DNA of 60,040 nucleotides. It comes from Phycisphaerae bacterium. GTDB lineage: Bacteria > Planctomycetota > Phycisphaerae > WQYP01. Position 1 is the stretch's first letter, and every line of letters starts with the position of its first letter. The stretch is from assembly GCA_038248985.1 (NCBI GenBank), contig JBBRWV010000004.1, positions 1 through 60,040 of the forward strand, in the 5' to 3' direction. Position numbers and translations under genes: made by a program. Below the pieces are notes generated by a model that was not told the DNA's origin, did not search any database, and saw only the letters and a list, made by a program, of their open reading frames with translations. Below are positions 57,067-60,040 of the stretch, piece after piece.

Positions 57067-59733
57067 ATGAATATCTTGTCGAAGTTGAAACGCTACTCTC
57101 AAAAGTCGGTGGTCCTGATAGGACTACTGATAGTGTTTGCGACGCTGGCCATCTGGCGTCCTTCCTTCGGGCAGTTGCCGACGGATAAAGCCACACCCGC
57201 TTCGGAAGTGGTTGCGGCCAAGGCCGAAAACGCCTTTCAGTATTTCTCCTTTATGTCGCAAGACGCCGGCACCAAGTTCACCACCGGTGAACGCGTCGGC
57301 CTCTTTGTCGCACTGGGCGTCTCGGTCATGGCCCTGCTCTACGCCTGGATGCTGGTGCGTCAGGTGCGCGATGCCGATCAAGGCACGCAGAAAATGCAGG
57401 ATGTGGCCTTGGCGATTCGCGACGGTGCGAATGCCTACTTGGCGCGCCAGATGCGCGTCGTAGCGCCCCTCATCCTCCTCCTGGTGTTTGTCCTCTTCCT
57501 CACTAAGTATATCAGCGGTGGCGACCATGCCACGGACTTTGCCTTCGGCCGCGCCGCCGCGTTCCTCGTGGGAGCCGTCTTCTCCGCGCTGGTGGGTTTC
57601 GTCGGCATGCGGATGGCCACGACGGGCAACCTGCGTGTTGCCGCGGCGGCCCGCGTGGGCTTTGGCCGGGCCTTGATGCTCGGATATCGCTCGGGCACGA
57701 TCACCGGCATGATGACCGACGGCCTGGGGCTGCTCGGCGGCACGCTGATCTTCATGATCTACGGCGAACATGCGTACGAAGCCCTGCTGGGCTTCGGCTT
57801 TGGCGGCACCCTCCTCGCGCTCTTCATGCGGGTGGGCGGCGGCATCTTCACGAAGGCGGCCGATGTGGGCGCCGATTTGGTCGGCAAGATTGAAAAAGAT
57901 ATTCCGGAAGATGACCCCCGCAATGCGGCGACGATCGCGGACAACGTGGGCGATAACGTGGGCGATTGTGCCGGCATGGCGGCGGACATTTTTGAATCGT
58001 ACGAAGTCACAATGGTCGCGGCGATGATTCTGGGCTGGGCATCGTTCGGCCACAAGGGCGTGTTGTTCCCCATTCTGGTGCGGGCCATCGGCGTCGTGGG
58101 CTCCATCATCAGCACCTACACCGTCCGGGCGAAGGCCAAGGGCAGCGTGGCGGAAGCCATGAAACAGATCAACAAGGGCTTCCTGATCGGTTCGGGAATC
58201 TCGGTTTTGGGCTTCATCATCCTGGGCTGGTACTACCTGCGGTTTACCGCGGAGAACACCACCGCGGAAGTTCTGGCAAATATCAACGCGCTTCCGTTCT
58301 GGGCGAATCTGGGCGTTCCTGGGCTGGATATGCGTCCGGCCTGGACTTGCCTGGTCGGCATTGTGCTGTGCGTGGTGCTCAATAAGGTCACCGAGTATTT
58401 CACCGGCACTGAATACAGCACGGTCAAAGCCATTAAGCAAAGTACCGACACGGGTCACGGCACGACGATCATCGAAGGATTTGCGGTCGGCTACGAGTCG
58501 GCATTCTTCACGGGGCTGGTGCTCTGTGTGGCCATCTTCGCCTCGGTGGCGATCTACACCACGACCATGTCCACGGTGAATCCGATCTTCATCGCTTACG
58601 GCGTCGCCATGTGCGGCATCGGCATGTTGACGCTGACCGGCAATACGGTATCGATGGATGTGTTTGGCCCGATTGCCGACAACGCCAATGGCATTGCGGA
58701 AATGGGTTATGTGCAGGATGACTTTGACAGCAAGGAAGAAATGCTGGCCGCACGCCAGACGCTTTCGGATCTCGACGCGGTGGGCAATACCACCAAGGCG
58801 GTCACGAAGGGCGTGGCGATCGGTTCGGCCGTCATTGCGGCGGTCTCCCTCTTCGCATCGTTCATCACGGTTATCGGTTCGGGCGGCGGCGGCGAAGACC
58901 AGGCCCTCCCCATCGACATGTTCAACGCCGTGGCCGGCACCCTCAGCGTCAGCTCGCCTAATTTGTTGATCGGCATGTTGATCGGCGGCGGCGTGCCGTT
59001 CCTGTTCAGCGCGATGCTGATTCGGGCGGTGGGCCGGGCGGCTTATATGAATGTGCAGGAATGTCGGTTGCAGTTCCATGACAAGCAGATATGGTCGGGC
59101 GAGAAGCGTCCGGACTATGGCCGCGTTGTGGATATCTGCACCAAGGCGGCACAGAAAGAGCTGGTAGGACCGGCGATTCTGGGCGTGTTCACACCGATCC
59201 TCGTGGGCTTCCTGCTCGGGCCGATCGGCCTGGCGGGGTTCCTGGCCGGGGCGATCGTGGCCGGCCAGCTTCTGGCGAGTTTCATGTGCAACTCCGGTGG
59301 CGCATGGGATAACGCCAAGAAAATGATTGAAGACGAACCGCGTAACCATGCGGCCAACACCGGCAAAGGTTCAGAACGGCACAAGGCGTCGGTGACGGGC
59401 GATACCGTGGGCGATCCGCTCAAGGACACCGCCGGACCGGCGATCAACCCGCTGCTGAAGGTCATGAACATGGTCGCAGTGCTGGCGATTCCGCTGATGC
59501 TGGGCTACGACAAGCTGATCGTGGACACCGTGAACGAGGGTGCCAAGAAATATGGCTTCACGCTGACCAAGCAACTGGAATACGTCGGCATGGATACGAC
59601 GCGGCTGATTGTGATTCTAGTAATCACACCGTTGATCGGCTGGGCGATTTGGCAATCACGTCGCTCGACGGCTCCGCTGATTACGACGATGCCGGAAGAG
59701 ATTGTGCAGGATTCGACCAAAGTCCGGCATTAA
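57067..59733 (+). CDS. hppA: membrane-bound H+-translocating pyrophosphatase, K+-independent type
   Basis: 888 aa. GDNVGDCAGMAADIFESYEV, DNAKK and GDTVGDPLKD motifs. The determinant GNTTKAVTKG (58783-58812) has Lys and Thr, as in K+-independent enzymes. Confidence 0.93.
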   Translation: MNILSKLKRYSQKSVVLIGLLIVFATLAIWRPSFGQLPTDKATPASEVVAAKAENAFQYFSFMSQDAGTKFTTGERVGLFVALGVSVMALLYAWMLVRQVRDADQGTQKMQDVALAIRDGANAYLARQMRVVAPLILLLVFVLFLTKYISGGDHATDFAFGRAAAFLVGAVFSALVGFVGMRMATTGNLRVAAAARVGFGRALMLGYRSGTITGMMTDGLGLLGGTLIFMIYGEHAYEALLGFGFGGTLLALFMRVGGGIFTKAADVGADLVGKIEKDIPEDDPRNAATIADNVGDNVGDCAGMAADIFESYEVTMVAAMILGWASFGHKGVLFPILVRAIGVVGSIISTYTVRAKAKGSVAEAMKQINKGFLIGSGISVLGFIILGWYYLRFTAENTTAEVLANINALPFWANLGVPGLDMRPAWTCLVGIVLCVVLNKVTEYFTGTEYSTVKAIKQSTDTGHGTTIIEGFAVGYESAFFTGLVLCVAIFASVAIYTTTMSTVNPIFIAYGVAMCGIGMLTLTGNTVSMDVFGPIADNANGIAEMGYVQDDFDSKEEMLAARQTLSDLDAVGNTTKAVTKGVAIGSAVIAAVSLFASFITVIGSGGGGEDQALPIDMFNAVAGTLSVSSPNLLIGMLIGGGVPFLFSAMLIRAVGRAAYMNVQECRLQFHDKQIWSGEKRPDYGRVVDICTKAAQKELVGPAILGVFTPILVGFLLGPIGLAGFLAGAIVAGQLLASFMCNSGGAWDNAKKMIEDEPRNHAANTGKGSERHKASVTGDTVGDPLKDTAGPAINPLLKVMNMVAVLAIPLMLGYDKLIVDTVNEGAKKYGFTLTKQLEYVGMDTTRLIVILVITPLIGWAIWQSRRSTAPLITTMPEEIVQDSTKVRH

Positions 59734-59754
59734 CGAGCTGGTTATTAGAAACTT

Positions 59755-59803
59755 GGGCTGGCGCAATGTATTTTTCGCCCTTGCGTCAGCCCTTTCTGTT
59801 TTT
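59755..59803 (+). terminator. rho-independent terminator of hppA
   Basis: 12-bp stem gggctggcgcaa / ttgcgtcagccc (one G-U pair), 14-nt loop, followed by tttctgttttt. Confidence 0.7.
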
Positions 59804-60004
59804 GCATGGCGTGGTGGGGATGGAGGGGTGGGATGGAGGGAAAAAGTGGCGTTTTTAGAGTGGAAATGACAGAGTGCCAAAACGCGAGAAAGAGAGATGA
59901 AGCTTGGCAATCTCCGCCCAATCCCGATAGGAAATGTAGGTGATGGGGTGGATGTCCGTTGTGCAGGTACGCAACGCCCTGTGAAGAGAGGGATGGGCTA
60001 TGAA

Positions 60005-60040
60005 AAATGGGGGGTAAATGGGGGGTAAATGGGGGGTAAA
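60005..60040. repeat. 11-nt tandem repeat AAATGGGGGGT, 3.3 copies, truncated by the window end
   Basis: Identical units at 60005-60015, 60016-60026 and 60027-60037, with a fourth starting at 60038. Noncoding region downstream of hppA. Confidence 0.9.

Noticed and set aside
57124-59349. 741-aa ORF on the - strand
   Set aside because: It lies entirely antisense to hppA, whose motifs are unambiguous. Its composition is Arg/His/Ala/Gly-rich, typical of a GC third-position shadow frame, with no recognisable motifs.
60005-60040. Tandem 11-mer as a possible CRISPR array
   Set aside because: The units are contiguous with no spacers, far shorter than CRISPR repeats, and no cas genes are present.

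Overview
GC-rich, gene-dense chromosomal segment with about 50 protein-coding genes on both strands. I found no rRNA, tRNA, CRISPR array, transposase or integrase. Gene content suggests Planctomycetota/PVC: a DUF1559-type prepilin-like protein, an RsbRD_N-type histidine kinase, DUF2934, and many long GC 'shadow' ORFs antisense to real genes. Most of the window is housekeeping: RNase E/G, cmk-plsC, an M20 peptidase, glgP, nth, speA, an SRAP peptidase, anmK, rplM-rpsI-argC, glgB, pntAA-pntAB-pntB, adk, pckG, a PAS kinase/NarL-type regulator pair and a K+-independent H+-pyrophosphatase. The stand-out locus is a 12-kb supercluster at 19173-31478. It joins two diverged paralogous amidoligase/peptidase modules (circularly permuted ATP-grasp, alpha-E, transglutaminase-like, DUF2126) with an orphan sensor kinase between them. 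These families have no experimentally known substrate or product. Other points of interest: (1) an orphan degenerate RnfC-like/RnfD-like pair followed by a FIST protein; (2) an FAD-oxidoreductase pseudogene with four lesions next to the supercluster; (3) a frameshifted plsC; (4) an intrinsic terminator with no upstream gene plus a 15-codon mini-ORF ahead of the M20 peptidase; (5) a ~245-aa disordered insert inside the RNase E/G S1 domain; (6) a HypB-like GTPase lacking its metal ligands beside the PPase; (7) a family of G6-tract/G-quadruplex-like intergenic elements, including an 11-nt tandem repeat cut by the window end. Function calls rest on motifs read from the translations. No database search was run.
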